Origin: Myxococcota bacterium
GTDB lineage: Bacteria; Myxococcota; UBA4151
Length of the DNA stretch: 64,000 bases
Assembly: GCA_036338695.1 (NCBI GenBank)
Contig: JAYZBQ010000015.1
Span: forward strand, 32,001 to 96,000
Direction: 5' to 3'
Shown here in pieces: positions 39,086 through 48,727 of the stretch. Within the stretch, counting starts at the first letter, position 1. Each line of letters begins with the position of its first letter. Under the pieces are notes generated by a model that did not search any database, was not told the origin of the DNA, and was given only the letters and a program-made list of their open reading frames with translations. The translations under genes were made by a program, and so were the position numbers.

Positions 39086-39862
39086 ATGAGTGTCGTGCTG
39101 ACGTCGATCGAGGGTGCTGTAGCGACCGTGACGGTCAACCGGCCGGAGGCGCTCAACGCCATCAATACCGAGGTGCTTCATGGTCTCGAGGCGGCGTTCG
39201 CTGACGTGGAGTCGAGGGGTGAGGTCGGCGCAGCGGTGCTGACCGGTGCCGGCACCAAGGCCTTCGTCGCCGGGGCAGACATCAAGGCGATGCAGCACTT
39301 TGGCGCCGAAGAGGCGCGGGCGTTTTCTGCTCTTGGGCATCGGGTCTTCGCCATGATGGAGCAGAGCCGGTTGGTCTGGATTGCGGCGGTTGAGGGCTTC
39401 TGCCTGGGCGGTGGCTGCGAGCTGGCGATGGCGGCTGACTGGATTAACGCCTCAGCGAAGTCAAAGTTCGGACAGCCGGAGGTCAACCTCGGGCTCATCC
39501 CGGGTTTCGGTGGCACGATCCGGTTGGTGCGGCGAGTCGGTCAAGCCAAAGCGCTCGAGCTCTGCAGCACCGCGGAGATGGTGCGTGGGGAAGAGGCGCT
39601 GCGGATCGGCTTGGTGAACGCGCTCTTTGAGCCCGGCGACGTGCTCGAGAAGACGCAGGCTCAAGCGGCGGTGATCGCAGCCAAGGGGCGTCTGGCTGTC
39701 GCCAACGCCAAGCGCGTCATTCGCGCCGGCGCCGACCTGCCAGCAGAGCGCGGGAACGCATTCGAGCAGCAAGCCTTTGGGATCCAGTTCGGGACCGCTG
39801 ACGGGCAAGAAGGAATGGCGGCGTTTATCGAGAAGCGCAGCGCTGAGTTTTCGGGGAAGTAA
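39086..39862 (+). CDS. crt: Enoyl-CoA hydratase (crotonase)
   Basis: NRPEALNA, FVAGADI, GGGCELA, GQPEVNLGLIPGFGGT. Confidence 0.92.
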   Translation: MSVVLTSIEGAVATVTVNRPEALNAINTEVLHGLEAAFADVESRGEVGAAVLTGAGTKAFVAGADIKAMQHFGAEEARAFSALGHRVFAMMEQSRLVWIAAVEGFCLGGGCELAMAADWINASAKSKFGQPEVNLGLIPGFGGTIRLVRRVGQAKALELCSTAEMVRGEEALRIGLVNALFEPGDVLEKTQAQAAVIAAKGRLAVANAKRVIRAGADLPAERGNAFEQQAFGIQFGTADGQEGMAAFIEKRSAEFSGK

Positions 39863-39866
39863 GCAG

Positions 39867-41018
39867 ATGGATTTTAGGCTCAACGAAGAGCAGCAGATGT
39901 TCAAGGACACCTGCGCAGCGCTCGCAGATGACGCCCTGGCGCCGAACGCAGGTGCCTGGGATCAAGGGCACGAGTACCCGGCCGATGCGGTCGCAACGAT
40001 GGCCGAGATGGGGTTGATGGGGATCGCCGTACCGGACTCAGAGGGCGGCACGGGCGCCGACAATCTAACCTACGCGATCACGATGGAAGAGATCAGCCGC
40101 GGCTGCGCCTCGTGCGGCGTGATCATGAGCGTCAACAACTCACTGTATTGCGACCCGGTGCATCGTTACGCACGCCCGGAGCAGCGCGCCGAGTGGTTAG
40201 CCCCGTACGCCAGCGGGGAAAAGCTCGGCGCCTTTGCGCTGACGGAGCCTGGCAACGGCTCGGACGCCGCAGCGATGCGGACGACCGCCGTGCTCGATGG
40301 TGACGAGTACATCCTCAACGGGACCAAGGCGTGGATCACCAACGCCTACGAGGCGGACGCCTTCATCGTGTTTGCCACGACGGATAAGGCTGCCAAGCAC
40401 CGTGGCGTCTCAGCGTTCTTGGTCGCCAAGGATACGCCGGGCTTCAGCCTGGGAAAAAAGGAAGACAAGCTTGGGATTCGTGCGTCCTCGACGGCGCAAC
40501 TCTTCTTCGAGAATTGCAGGGTCCCTGTAGCGAATTTGCTCGGGCAGCTCGGCGAGGGATTTAAGGTTGCGATGAGCACGCTCGATGGTGGGCGGATCGG
40601 GATCGCAGCGCAGGCGCTTGGGATCGCCGAGGCCGCCTTTCGGGCGGCTCGAGATTACAGCCTCGAGCGTAAAAGCTTTGGTAAGCCGATCGCTGAGCAC
40701 CAGGCGATCGCCTTCAAGCTCGCAGACATGGCGACCCGCATCGAGGTGGCGCGTCTGCTGACCTATCAAGCCGCCCAGCTCAAGGACGCGAAGATGGAGT
40801 ATGGCAAAGCGAGCGCTATGGCGAAGCTCGCTGCCGCCGAGACCGCCATGTGGGTGACGACCCAAGCGATCCAGGTGTTCGGTGGGAATGGCTACGTGAC
40901 TGAGTACCCGGTCGAGCGTCACTTTCGGGACGCCAAGATCACTGAGATCTACGAGGGGACCAGCGAGGTGCAGCGGATCGTGATCGCCCGTGCGGTCTTG
41001 CAGGAGGTGCTGCGATGA
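39867..41018 (+). CDS. Short-chain (butyryl-CoA-like) acyl-CoA dehydrogenase
   Basis: FALTEPGNGSDA, LNGTKAWITN, KLGIRAS, LDGGRIGIA, DAKITEIYEGTSE. Confidence 0.94.
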   Translation: MDFRLNEEQQMFKDTCAALADDALAPNAGAWDQGHEYPADAVATMAEMGLMGIAVPDSEGGTGADNLTYAITMEEISRGCASCGVIMSVNNSLYCDPVHRYARPEQRAEWLAPYASGEKLGAFALTEPGNGSDAAAMRTTAVLDGDEYILNGTKAWITNAYEADAFIVFATTDKAAKHRGVSAFLVAKDTPGFSLGKKEDKLGIRASSTAQLFFENCRVPVANLLGQLGEGFKVAMSTLDGGRIGIAAQALGIAEAAFRAARDYSLERKSFGKPIAEHQAIAFKLADMATRIEVARLLTYQAAQLKDAKMEYGKASAMAKLAAAETAMWVTTQAIQVFGGNGYVTEYPVERHFRDAKITEIYEGTSEVQRIVIARAVLQEVLR

Positions 41019-42160
41019 ACTTTCAACTCTCCGAAGAGCAGCAGATGTTGGTCGATATGGCGCGTCAGTTCGCGGCGCAGCAGGTCGCGCCCGGCGCCGA
41101 GCATCGCGACCAGCACAGCGCCTTTCCCGCTGACCTGATCGGTCCGCTGGCCGAGCAGGGCTTCCTTGGGATGCTGGTCCCTGAAGCGGACGGTGGCAGT
41201 GATATGGGCTACGTCAACTACGCGCTTGCGCTGGCTGAGATCGCTCAAGCCTGCGCCTCAACAGCGGTCACCATGGCGGTCAACAACCTGACCGCCTCAG
41301 CGGTCGCGACCTTCGCCAGCGCCGACCTGCGTGCCGAGGTGCTACCGGATCTATGCTCTGGCACAGACGGTAAGGTGGGCGCGTTTGCGCTCAGCGAGCC
41401 GCACTGCGGGAGCGACGCCGCAGCGCTCCGAACCCGGGCTGATCGGGACGGAGATGTCTACGTCCTCAATGGCTCGAAACAATGGATCACGAACGGCGCT
41501 CATGCGTCGTGGATCTTGGTCATGGCGCGCACGGGCGAGGGTGCCAAGGGGATCTCTGCCTTCTTGGTGCCGGGCGATGCGGACGGTTTGATCATCGGCC
41601 CCGAAGAGAAAAAGATGGGGCTCAAGGGCTCGAATACGGTGCCGCTGACCTTGGAGAACGTGCGCGTGCCCGAGCGCTACCGGGTGGGCGATGAGGGCAT
41701 CGGCTTTCGAATCGCGATGGACGCCCTGGACGGCGGGCGCATTGGCATCGGCTCGCAAGCGCTCGGTATTGGGCGGGCGGCTCTCGCCGAAGCGGCGCGC
41801 TACATGGAAGAACGGAAAGCCTTTGGAAAGCCGCTCAATCGGCACCAAGCCCTGCAGTTCATGATCGCCGATATCGGCACGGACCTTGAGGCGACGCGTC
41901 TGCTCATGCTCAAGGCGGCGAGCTTGCGCGACCAGGGCGAGCCGATGACGCAGGCGGCGAGCATGTGCAAAGTCTTCGCCTCGGAGGCCTGCTGCCGGGC
42001 GGTGGATTCGGCGCTGCAGATCCACGGGGGCTATGGTTACGTGCAAGATTACGCGATTGAGCGGCTCTATCGGGACGCACGCGTGACGCGTATCTACGAG
42101 GGCACGAGTGAGATTCAACGCGTGGTGATCAGCCGCAATGTGTTGAAGGGGGTATCATGA
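41015..42160 (+). CDS. Acyl-CoA dehydrogenase (second paralogue)
   Basis: FALSEPHCGSDA, NGSKQWITN, GGRIGIG, HGGYGY, RIYEGTSE. Confidence 0.94.
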   Translation: MNFQLSEEQQMLVDMARQFAAQQVAPGAEHRDQHSAFPADLIGPLAEQGFLGMLVPEADGGSDMGYVNYALALAEIAQACASTAVTMAVNNLTASAVATFASADLRAEVLPDLCSGTDGKVGAFALSEPHCGSDAAALRTRADRDGDVYVLNGSKQWITNGAHASWILVMARTGEGAKGISAFLVPGDADGLIIGPEEKKMGLKGSNTVPLTLENVRVPERYRVGDEGIGFRIAMDALDGGRIGIGSQALGIGRAALAEAARYMEERKAFGKPLNRHQALQFMIADIGTDLEATRLLMLKAASLRDQGEPMTQAASMCKVFASEACCRAVDSALQIHGGYGYVQDYAIERLYRDARVTRIYEGTSEIQRVVISRNVLKGVS

Positions 42161-42441
42161 AGGTCAGCCACACCTACGCCGATCGCACCGCCGAAGAGGT
42201 CAAGGCGCTGTTCAAGGACAACGCAGATCACCTCATCGGTCAGTACGGTGACTACATCGGCGAGCACCGGTGGGTGAGCGACACCCGACTTGAGGGCGCA
42301 GGGCGTGGGGTCAAGGCGACCGCCTACGTGGACGGGCAAACCATCGTGGTCGAGGGGAAGCTCCCCTTCGCGCTCAAGCTCTTCAGCGGTAAGATTCAGT
42401 CGGTGGTTGAGGGCAAGCTCAAGCGCATGGGTGAGCGCTAG
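42157..42441 (+). CDS. Polyhydroxyalkanoic-acid-system family small protein (PHA_gran_rgn-like)
   Basis: 94 aa; H....E...; W; GV.A...V....I.VE.KLPF.L..F.GKI pattern; ATGA overlap. Confidence 0.6.
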   Translation: MKVSHTYADRTAEEVKALFKDNADHLIGQYGDYIGEHRWVSDTRLEGAGRGVKATAYVDGQTIVVEGKLPFALKLFSGKIQSVVEGKLKRMGER

Positions 42442-42444
42442 CCG

Positions 42445-43719
42445 CTAGCGATCCAGCCGAGCGAGCCGGATCTGGCTCGCTTCGAAGGTCTCATCAGGCA
42501 CCTCGATCTCGGGCGGCGTGAAGGGCACAGAGAAGATCACCCGGCAGCCCGAGCCAGGCGCCGACTCGAGCGTGAAGCCGCCACCCCAACGGATGGCGCG
42601 CTCGCGCATGTTGATCAGCCCGTAATGGCCGTGTTTTTCAAGGGTTGGGTCGAACCCTTTGCCGTTGTCCTCGACCTCAAGAACCAGCTTGTTGGTGCGG
42701 AAGGTGAGCTGTACCGTGATCCGGTTCGCCTGTCCGTGCTTGACGGCGTTGGCGATGCACTCCTGCAGCACCCTGAAGATGGCGAGCTGCTGCTCACTCG
42801 GGATGCCAGGCGGTGGCTCCATCAGCTCAGGGTCGACGTTGATCCGGTAGCGGCTCGCAGCGTCGCTGCAATGTTCGAGCAGCGCCGGGACGAGCTCAAA
42901 GTCCGCTCGCATCATCTTGAGGCTCCGCCGCAGCTCTTCGATCGCGGTCTGCGCGAGCTCGTAGAGCTCCTCGGCTTCCTGCTTGGTCTCGGGCTCATCC
43001 AGCATCGACTTGAGGTACTCAGCTTGAATGATCAAACCGCTCAGCGCTGCGCCGATGCCGTCATGCATCTCGCGCGCCAGCCGGTTGCGTTCATCGACGA
43101 CGGCGGTTGCCTTGAGGTGCTTCTCGAGCGCGAGGATCTCACGCGTCTGCTCGTCGTCGCGCCGTGAAATGTGGACGACGGTCGCAATGATGATCAGGTT
43201 CAACCCTGCATACCACGCCACTTGATAAAGGAGCGCACGCGCCGGTGCGCCGGCGAGGATCGCAGCCGCTGCGATACCCCCGAAGGTCAAAAAGGGGGCG
43301 ACCATGACGAAGATGTTCGGAAACACCAGCGCGATCACCGTGGTGTGAATCAGCAATAAGCCGACCAAGGGGCTCTCGAGACCGCCGCTTGCGTAGATGA
43401 GCCAGCTGATCGCTACGAGGTCGGCGACCGTCGTCCATGCGGTCACCGGTACGCCGTAGCGCGGGTGCCGCAGCACGACCACATGGAGCGCCGTGTAGGC
43501 GATGATGATCAGGTACCAGGTCAGGATCTGCTCGGTCACGAGCGCCATGCTGATCGCCCACGACGGTACCGCCAAAAGCCCCATGCCCACAGCCAGGATG
43601 ACCAGTCGTGAGTAGGCGAGCGTCTGCGCCCGAGTGACCCGCTTCTCAAGGTCGCGTAAGGTCACGTTACCAAGACGCTCGAAGGCTGGAGAGTCTACGC
43701 GTACGGGCTTTAGCGCCAT
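42445..43719 (-). CDS. Membrane sensor histidine kinase (NarX/DesK-type, HisKA_3)
   Basis: Several TMs; ERNRLAREMHDGIG; FRVLQE.IANAVKH; EDNGKGF; GL.NMRERA; ESAPGSG. Confidence 0.92.
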   Translation of the reverse strand: MALKPVRVDSPAFERLGNVTLRDLEKRVTRAQTLAYSRLVILAVGMGLLAVPSWAISMALVTEQILTWYLIIIAYTALHVVVLRHPRYGVPVTAWTTVADLVAISWLIYASGGLESPLVGLLLIHTTVIALVFPNIFVMVAPFLTFGGIAAAAILAGAPARALLYQVAWYAGLNLIIIATVVHISRRDDEQTREILALEKHLKATAVVDERNRLAREMHDGIGAALSGLIIQAEYLKSMLDEPETKQEAEELYELAQTAIEELRRSLKMMRADFELVPALLEHCSDAASRYRINVDPELMEPPPGIPSEQQLAIFRVLQECIANAVKHGQANRITVQLTFRTNKLVLEVEDNGKGFDPTLEKHGHYGLINMRERAIRWGGGFTLESAPGSGCRVIFSVPFTPPEIEVPDETFEASQIRLARLDR

Positions 43720-44579
43720 GGGGGATCATCCAGCGAGCAGTTGTCGAGCAGGCGTAAACCCTCACACCGAGCCGCCACCAGCGCACGCCAACGCTTCGGT
43801 GCGTCATCGACCCGGCTCCCTGGTGCCGATAGGTCCTCGCTCGAGACGACGGCGCAATAGTCAACGCTCAAGCCTGCTCGCTTGAGCTCGGCAGCGCCCA
43901 AGTCCTCGAGGTGGTCAACGCTCCGTTCACCCGCCGCGTAGGCTGCGCAGATGCTGCGCAGCGCTTCCGGGACCGCCAGGGCACGCGCCCGCTGCGCGGC
44001 AGAGAGGTACGCGTTGCGGCTGCTCAGCGCCAAGCCGTCGTCAGCGCGGATCAGCTTGCCGGCGCGCACGTCGACGCCCAAGTGGAGGTCGCGGTTGAGC
44101 TGTCGAACCACCAGCAGCTGCTGGTAGTCCTTTTCACCAAAGAAGGCGACCTCCGGGCGTACGAGGCATAAAAGGCGAGCGACCACCGTGGCGACGCCGG
44201 TGAAGAAGTGAGGGCGGTGATCGGTCTCGAGACCCAGCCCGACCCGTTGCGGCACCAGGGTCGTGCCCCAGTCCGGCGGGTAGATCACCTCGTGTTGGGC
44301 GAACCAGACGAGATCTGCTCCGGCTGAGGCTGCCTTGGTGAGGTCGCCTTCCGCATCGCGCGGATAGTCGGCGAGATCTTCGCCCTCGGCGAATTGCGTC
44401 GGGTTGACGAAGATCGAGACGATCACGCGATCGCACAGCGACTTCGCCTCACGAATGAGGGAGCGATGCCCCTCGTGGAGGCTGCCCATCGTCGGCACAA
44501 AGGCGACACGTAGGCGCTCTTGTGCCCACGCCTTTCGTTGGGTCTCCACGGCTCGAAAATCAACCTCGGATAAGGCCAT
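43710..44579 (-). CDS. panC: Pantoate-beta-alanine ligase
   Basis: FVPTMG.LHEGH, SIFVNPTQF, RP.FF.GV.TVV, FGEKDYQQ, DGLALSSRN, RLLDN. Confidence 0.96.
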   Translation of the reverse strand: MALSEVDFRAVETQRKAWAQERLRVAFVPTMGSLHEGHRSLIREAKSLCDRVIVSIFVNPTQFAEGEDLADYPRDAEGDLTKAASAGADLVWFAQHEVIYPPDWGTTLVPQRVGLGLETDHRPHFFTGVATVVARLLCLVRPEVAFFGEKDYQQLLVVRQLNRDLHLGVDVRAGKLIRADDGLALSSRNAYLSAAQRARALAVPEALRSICAAYAAGERSVDHLEDLGAAELKRAGLSVDYCAVVSSEDLSAPGSRVDDAPKRWRALVAARCEGLRLLDNCSLDDPPWR

Positions 44580-45600
44580 GTTCCACATCTCGCAGGTACT
44601 CGGCGTGCCGGTCAGGAAAGAGGTCGATCAAGAGGTCAGCGAGACGTTCCGACGTCGCCACAGGGGGCGACTCGAGATAGGGTCGAAGCTCAGCCATCAG
44701 CTGACCGGCGGATGGGATGCGGTCATCGGGTGTGGGCTTCAAGCACTCGCGCACAAGCTCTTCAAGCCCGGCGGGCAGGTTGGGTACGATCTCGCGCATC
44801 GACGGGATCTCGGCTTGGCGGATCCGCTTCATCACCTCCGCCTCCTTCTCGCCGCGACGCGCAAAAAACAGGCGGCGGCCCGTGAGGCATTCATAGAGAA
44901 TGATCCCGAGGCTGAAGAGGTCACTGCGTTCATCGAGCTCTTGCGCCGAGACCTGCTCGGGGCTGAGGTAGCCGAGCTTGCCTGTGACGACGGCGCCTTT
45001 AGCCGACCCCTCGAGCGCGTCCATATGGACGACGCCAAAATCACCGAGCTTAGCCCTGCCACCAAAGCCGAGGAAGATGTTGTGGGGGCTCAAGTCACGG
45101 TGCACAAACCGGCTCCGGCGTCCGCTCGGCATCCGAAAGTTGTGGGTGTAGTCGAGCGCGCTGGCGGCGCTGTAGGCGATGAACAGCGCGAGCTGGAGCT
45201 CCATCCGTTCACGTTGGCCGGCGAGCCGACCGAGTAGCGTGTTCAAGTTCACGCCGCTGACGTACTCCATCACCAGGTAAAAGACGCCGTCGACGTCACC
45301 ACTTTGGAGCGTCTTGACCACGTTGGGGTGGTCGAAGAGACGGGTGATGTCCGTCTCCATAATGAAGTTGTCGAGGAAGAACGGGTTCTTCGCCTGCTCG
45401 ACCAACAAGCGTTTGAGCACCACGATCGGCGCATCGTAGATCCGGCGGCTGCTCGCTCGTCCGAACGGTCCGATCTCGCTGCCCTCGACCGGCTCTTGGA
45501 ATCGTCGCGCTCGGAAGATCTCTGCCATCCCGCCGAGGCCGACTCGGCCGAGGAGATAGTAGTCCCCGAAAACCTCCATACCTGGCCCGAGTTCGGCCAT
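44560..45600 (-). CDS. Cytoplasmic Hanks-type Ser/Thr protein kinase
   Basis: GLGGMAE, VLKR, HRDLSPHN, DFG, GKLGYLSPEQ, SDLFSLG; no TM. Confidence 0.9.
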   Translation of the reverse strand: MAELGPGMEVFGDYYLLGRVGLGGMAEIFRARRFQEPVEGSEIGPFGRASSRRIYDAPIVVLKRLLVEQAKNPFFLDNFIMETDITRLFDHPNVVKTLQSGDVDGVFYLVMEYVSGVNLNTLLGRLAGQRERMELQLALFIAYSAASALDYTHNFRMPSGRRSRFVHRDLSPHNIFLGFGGRAKLGDFGVVHMDALEGSAKGAVVTGKLGYLSPEQVSAQELDERSDLFSLGIILYECLTGRRLFFARRGEKEAEVMKRIRQAEIPSMREIVPNLPAGLEELVRECLKPTPDDRIPSAGQLMAELRPYLESPPVATSERLADLLIDLFPDRHAEYLRDVEHGLIRG

Positions 45601-45793
45601 CGTGCCGATGCGCGAGATCGGTTTCGGGGAGCGAGAATTCGAGCGCATAGTCCTTCTGACGACGACTATTGGTTAATCGAATTGGAAGCGCAACCCTAGC
45701 GCTGAAAGGAATCGATCGAGCGGATTGCTGCACACACCGCGCGTTGCGTCTTGTCGGTTGATGGCCGCCTGACTAACTCATCGAGAGGAGGTG

Positions 45794-46411
45794 ATGATCG
45801 TGTTCCAAGGGATCCGAGATGCCGGATGGATCGAGGTGGTCGTCGGCTCGATGTTTTCGGGGAAGACCTCTGAGTTGATCCGGCGGCTCAAGCTCGCTCA
45901 AATCGCTCGGCGGCGAGTGCAGGCGTTCAAGCCTGCGATCGACGACCGCTATGACGCGATTCAGCTCGCAAGCCACGCAGGGCAGACGCTCATGGCGCAG
46001 CCGATCGCCGATCTCGATGACTTGGAGCGATCGCTTGATGACGACGCAGAGGTGGTCGGTATCGATGAGGGACAGTTTCTCGGTGAAGGGCTCGTGGATC
46101 TGTGCGAGCGGCTGGCGGATCGCGGCAAAAGAGTGGTCGTTGCGGGGTTGGACCAAGACTGGAAGGGGCAGCCTTTCCCTCCTATGGATCGCTTAATGGC
46201 GGTGAGTGAGTCGGTGACGAAGGTGCTTGCGATCTGCACCGTCTGCGGCAACCCGGCCAACCGATCGCAGCGCGTGGTGCGTGGGCAGGACTTGTTTCAG
46301 GTCGGCGCCGCCGAAGCGTATGAGGCGCGCTGCCGCCGACACTTTGACCCCAACGACCCGCGCACGGCGCAGCAATGGCTCGCTGCGCTTGAAGAGGAGG
46401 CCTCATCATGA
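45794..46411 (+). CDS. tdk: Thymidine kinase
   Basis: GSMFSGKTSEL, FKP.IDDRY, IDEGQF, AGLDQD, C..C, Y.ARCR.H. Confidence 0.95.
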   Translation: MIVFQGIRDAGWIEVVVGSMFSGKTSELIRRLKLAQIARRRVQAFKPAIDDRYDAIQLASHAGQTLMAQPIADLDDLERSLDDDAEVVGIDEGQFLGEGLVDLCERLADRGKRVVVAGLDQDWKGQPFPPMDRLMAVSESVTKVLAICTVCGNPANRSQRVVRGQDLFQVGAAEAYEARCRRHFDPNDPRTAQQWLAALEEEASS

Positions 46412-47220
46412 CGGCAGTGGACCAAGCCTATCAGCTCAGCGAGGGGCAGCGCGTGCTCACCCACGCCTACGGTGATCGGGTCACCTTTTTGCACAACCCG
46501 TTTGCGCTCTCCTTGATGCGACGGATTGGGCATCCGGACTGCGTTCAACCGGCGCTTGGTGGTTATGTTCGCTTGGCTTATCAGTATCTTTGCGCTGAGG
46601 CTTTCTCATTGCACTTAAAGGTCTCGGCGCAGGCGACGCCCACGCGCATGGAGGCGGTGGTCCCTGAGGGCGTGTACCGTGGGGACGCCTTCGCCGAGCA
46701 GCGCGTCGTGAGCGTGGCGGTGGCGCGTGCGGGCATTGTACCGTCTGAGGTTTGCTTCCAGATGGGTGCACAGCTTTTGGGGGTGGGCGCGATCCGCCAA
46801 GATCACTTCGCGATGGCGCGCCAGACCAACGCAGCGGGCGAGGTCGTCGGTGTCTCGGTGAGCGGCGAGAAGATCGGTGGCGATGTGGACGGGGCGACGG
46901 TGTTGTTACCCGACCCCATGGGCGCTACGGGCGGCAGCCTCGATCACGCGATCGCCCATTACAAGGTGGCGGTCGGTGGGCGCGCTCGACGCTATGTCGC
47001 TCTCTTCCTGACCTGTACGCCCGAGTGCGTTGAGCGCTTGCTCGGGGCGCACGATGACGTGCACATCGTCGCGCTTCGACTGGACCGCGGTTTGAGCTCT
47101 GAAGCTGCGCTATCGAGCGTTCCGGGGGCTTTGGCGGGCGAGCGTGGGTTGACCGACACGCAGTACATCGTGCCGGGCGCCGGCGGCGTCGGTGAAGTTT
47201 TGAACAACAGTTTTGTGTGA
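46408..47220 (+). CDS. upp: Uracil phosphoribosyltransferase-like protein (divergent)
   Basis: TPT, V.VARAG, PRPP loop LLPDPMGATGGS, YIVPGAGGVGE. Confidence 0.75.
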   Translation: MTAVDQAYQLSEGQRVLTHAYGDRVTFLHNPFALSLMRRIGHPDCVQPALGGYVRLAYQYLCAEAFSLHLKVSAQATPTRMEAVVPEGVYRGDAFAEQRVVSVAVARAGIVPSEVCFQMGAQLLGVGAIRQDHFAMARQTNAAGEVVGVSVSGEKIGGDVDGATVLLPDPMGATGGSLDHAIAHYKVAVGGRARRYVALFLTCTPECVERLLGAHDDVHIVALRLDRGLSSEAALSSVPGALAGERGLTDTQYIVPGAGGVGEVLNNSFV

Positions 47221-47228
47221 GGTAGACG

Positions 47229-47744
47229 ATGCAAGTTTTGATCAGCGCCGCTGAGCTTCACGAGCGGATACAAGCCCTCGGCGAGACGCTTCGTGCGCAT
47301 TACGCCGACGTCGATGATCCGATCGTGGTGGTCGGCGTGTTGCGTGGTTCGTTCATCTTTATGGCGGACCTTGTCCGAGCGCTGGATCGTCCGCTGCGCG
47401 TCGACTTTCTCTCGGCCTCGTCCTACGGGGACGCCACCGTGAGCTCCGGTGAGGTCAAGTTGAAGACCGACCTGCGCGACCCGATCGAAGGTCAGCATGT
47501 GCTGGTTGTCGAGGATATCGTCGACACCGGGCACACGCTCGCGAAGCTGCGCGGTGTGCTCACGGCGCGTCAGCCAGCGTCGCTGAAGTTCGTGAGCTTG
47601 CTCGACAAGCCGAGCCGACGCGAGAACGACGAGGCGGCGGACTGGATTGGGTTTACGATCGAGGACCTTTTCGTCGTGGGTTACGGTTTAGATGAGGCTG
47701 GCTTGAGCCGGAATCTTCCCTTCGTCGGGGTCAAGACGACTTAG
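47229..47744 (+). CDS. hpt: Hypoxanthine phosphoribosyltransferase
   Basis: VLRGSFIFMADL, SSYG, VEDIVDTG.TL, LLDKPSRR, FVVGYGLD, RNLP. Confidence 0.95.
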   Translation: MQVLISAAELHERIQALGETLRAHYADVDDPIVVVGVLRGSFIFMADLVRALDRPLRVDFLSASSYGDATVSSGEVKLKTDLRDPIEGQHVLVVEDIVDTGHTLAKLRGVLTARQPASLKFVSLLDKPSRRENDEAADWIGFTIEDLFVVGYGLDEAGLSRNLPFVGVKTT

Positions 47745-47806
47745 CGTCGTTGGATTGCCAGGACGGCGTGACGGCCGCTAGATGACGGCTGGGAAAGGGG
47801 TGACCT

Positions 47807-48673
47807 ATGAGCGGCGACTCGAAGCCACCGGGTGAGGCGGCATCCCAAGCGCCTGATCTGCAAGCGGGTGGTGCAGCTGAAGGGTGGGCTTCCCACTCGG
47901 GTCACCTTGAGCCTGAGGATTTCTCGCAAGAGACAGCGCAGGTGCCCTCCCAGCCGCCGACGCCGAGCGGTGAGGCGTGGAACACGCTCCCGCCGGGGAC
48001 CTACACACCCACGACGGTCGTCCCGCAGCCTGGGCGCTCAGCGATGTTGCCGTGGGTCGTGATCGGGGCGCTGCTGATCTTGGTGTTGATCCTCGTCGGG
48101 GCGCTCAATTCCCGAGATTACCACCTGGTGCAGAGGGGACAGGAAGTCGAAGTGCGCCGAGGCGGATGGCTTCCGGGTACGACGCGTACGATGGCGCCCG
48201 AGAGCGCCATTTTGCTACGCCGCTACGCGCCCGTCAGGCTTGAGGTGGGTATGCAGTTTCGACCGCGGCGCTTCACCGAGCGCGAAGATCTCGACGCAGG
48301 GTTGGTCAACCTGGTCGTTGAGCTCTTGAGCCCAGCCATCGCACGCGCCGATGAGGATCGGGTCGAGCAGCTTGGGGCTCGTCTCGAGCTGTTCCCGTCG
48401 GCGCAGGTGGTGCTTGAGGGGCGCCACAAGGACTTACTCGGCAAGGTCGGTTTGATCCGCGGGCGGCGTGCCGAGGCGGATGCGCTCGACGCCGTATCGA
48501 GGGCGCGGGATCTGTATCAGCGTTATCACCGGCACGCGGGGCGAGAGGGGCACCGCGCGATCGAGCGGTTGGACGCTGTGCAGAGGCTGCTCTCGGGTGC
48601 TAAGGTCGAGCCATCGGTCAACGCGCCGGGCAACCGAGCAAATGAAGCGCCGAAGACCGGTAGTGAATTCTGA
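47807..48673 (+). CDS. Hypothetical single-pass membrane protein
   Basis: Pro/Ser-rich N-terminus; TM WVVIGALLILVLILVGAL; helical C-terminus. Confidence 0.65.
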   Translation: MSGDSKPPGEAASQAPDLQAGGAAEGWASHSGHLEPEDFSQETAQVPSQPPTPSGEAWNTLPPGTYTPTTVVPQPGRSAMLPWVVIGALLILVLILVGALNSRDYHLVQRGQEVEVRRGGWLPGTTRTMAPESAILLRRYAPVRLEVGMQFRPRRFTEREDLDAGLVNLVVELLSPAIARADEDRVEQLGARLELFPSAQVVLEGRHKDLLGKVGLIRGRRAEADALDAVSRARDLYQRYHRHAGREGHRAIERLDAVQRLLSGAKVEPSVNAPGNRANEAPKTGSEF

Positions 48674-48727
48674 TTATACGGCGCGACGGGATCGTGCTAC
48701 GCCCTGCGGGCGAATGGGAGACGAGTG

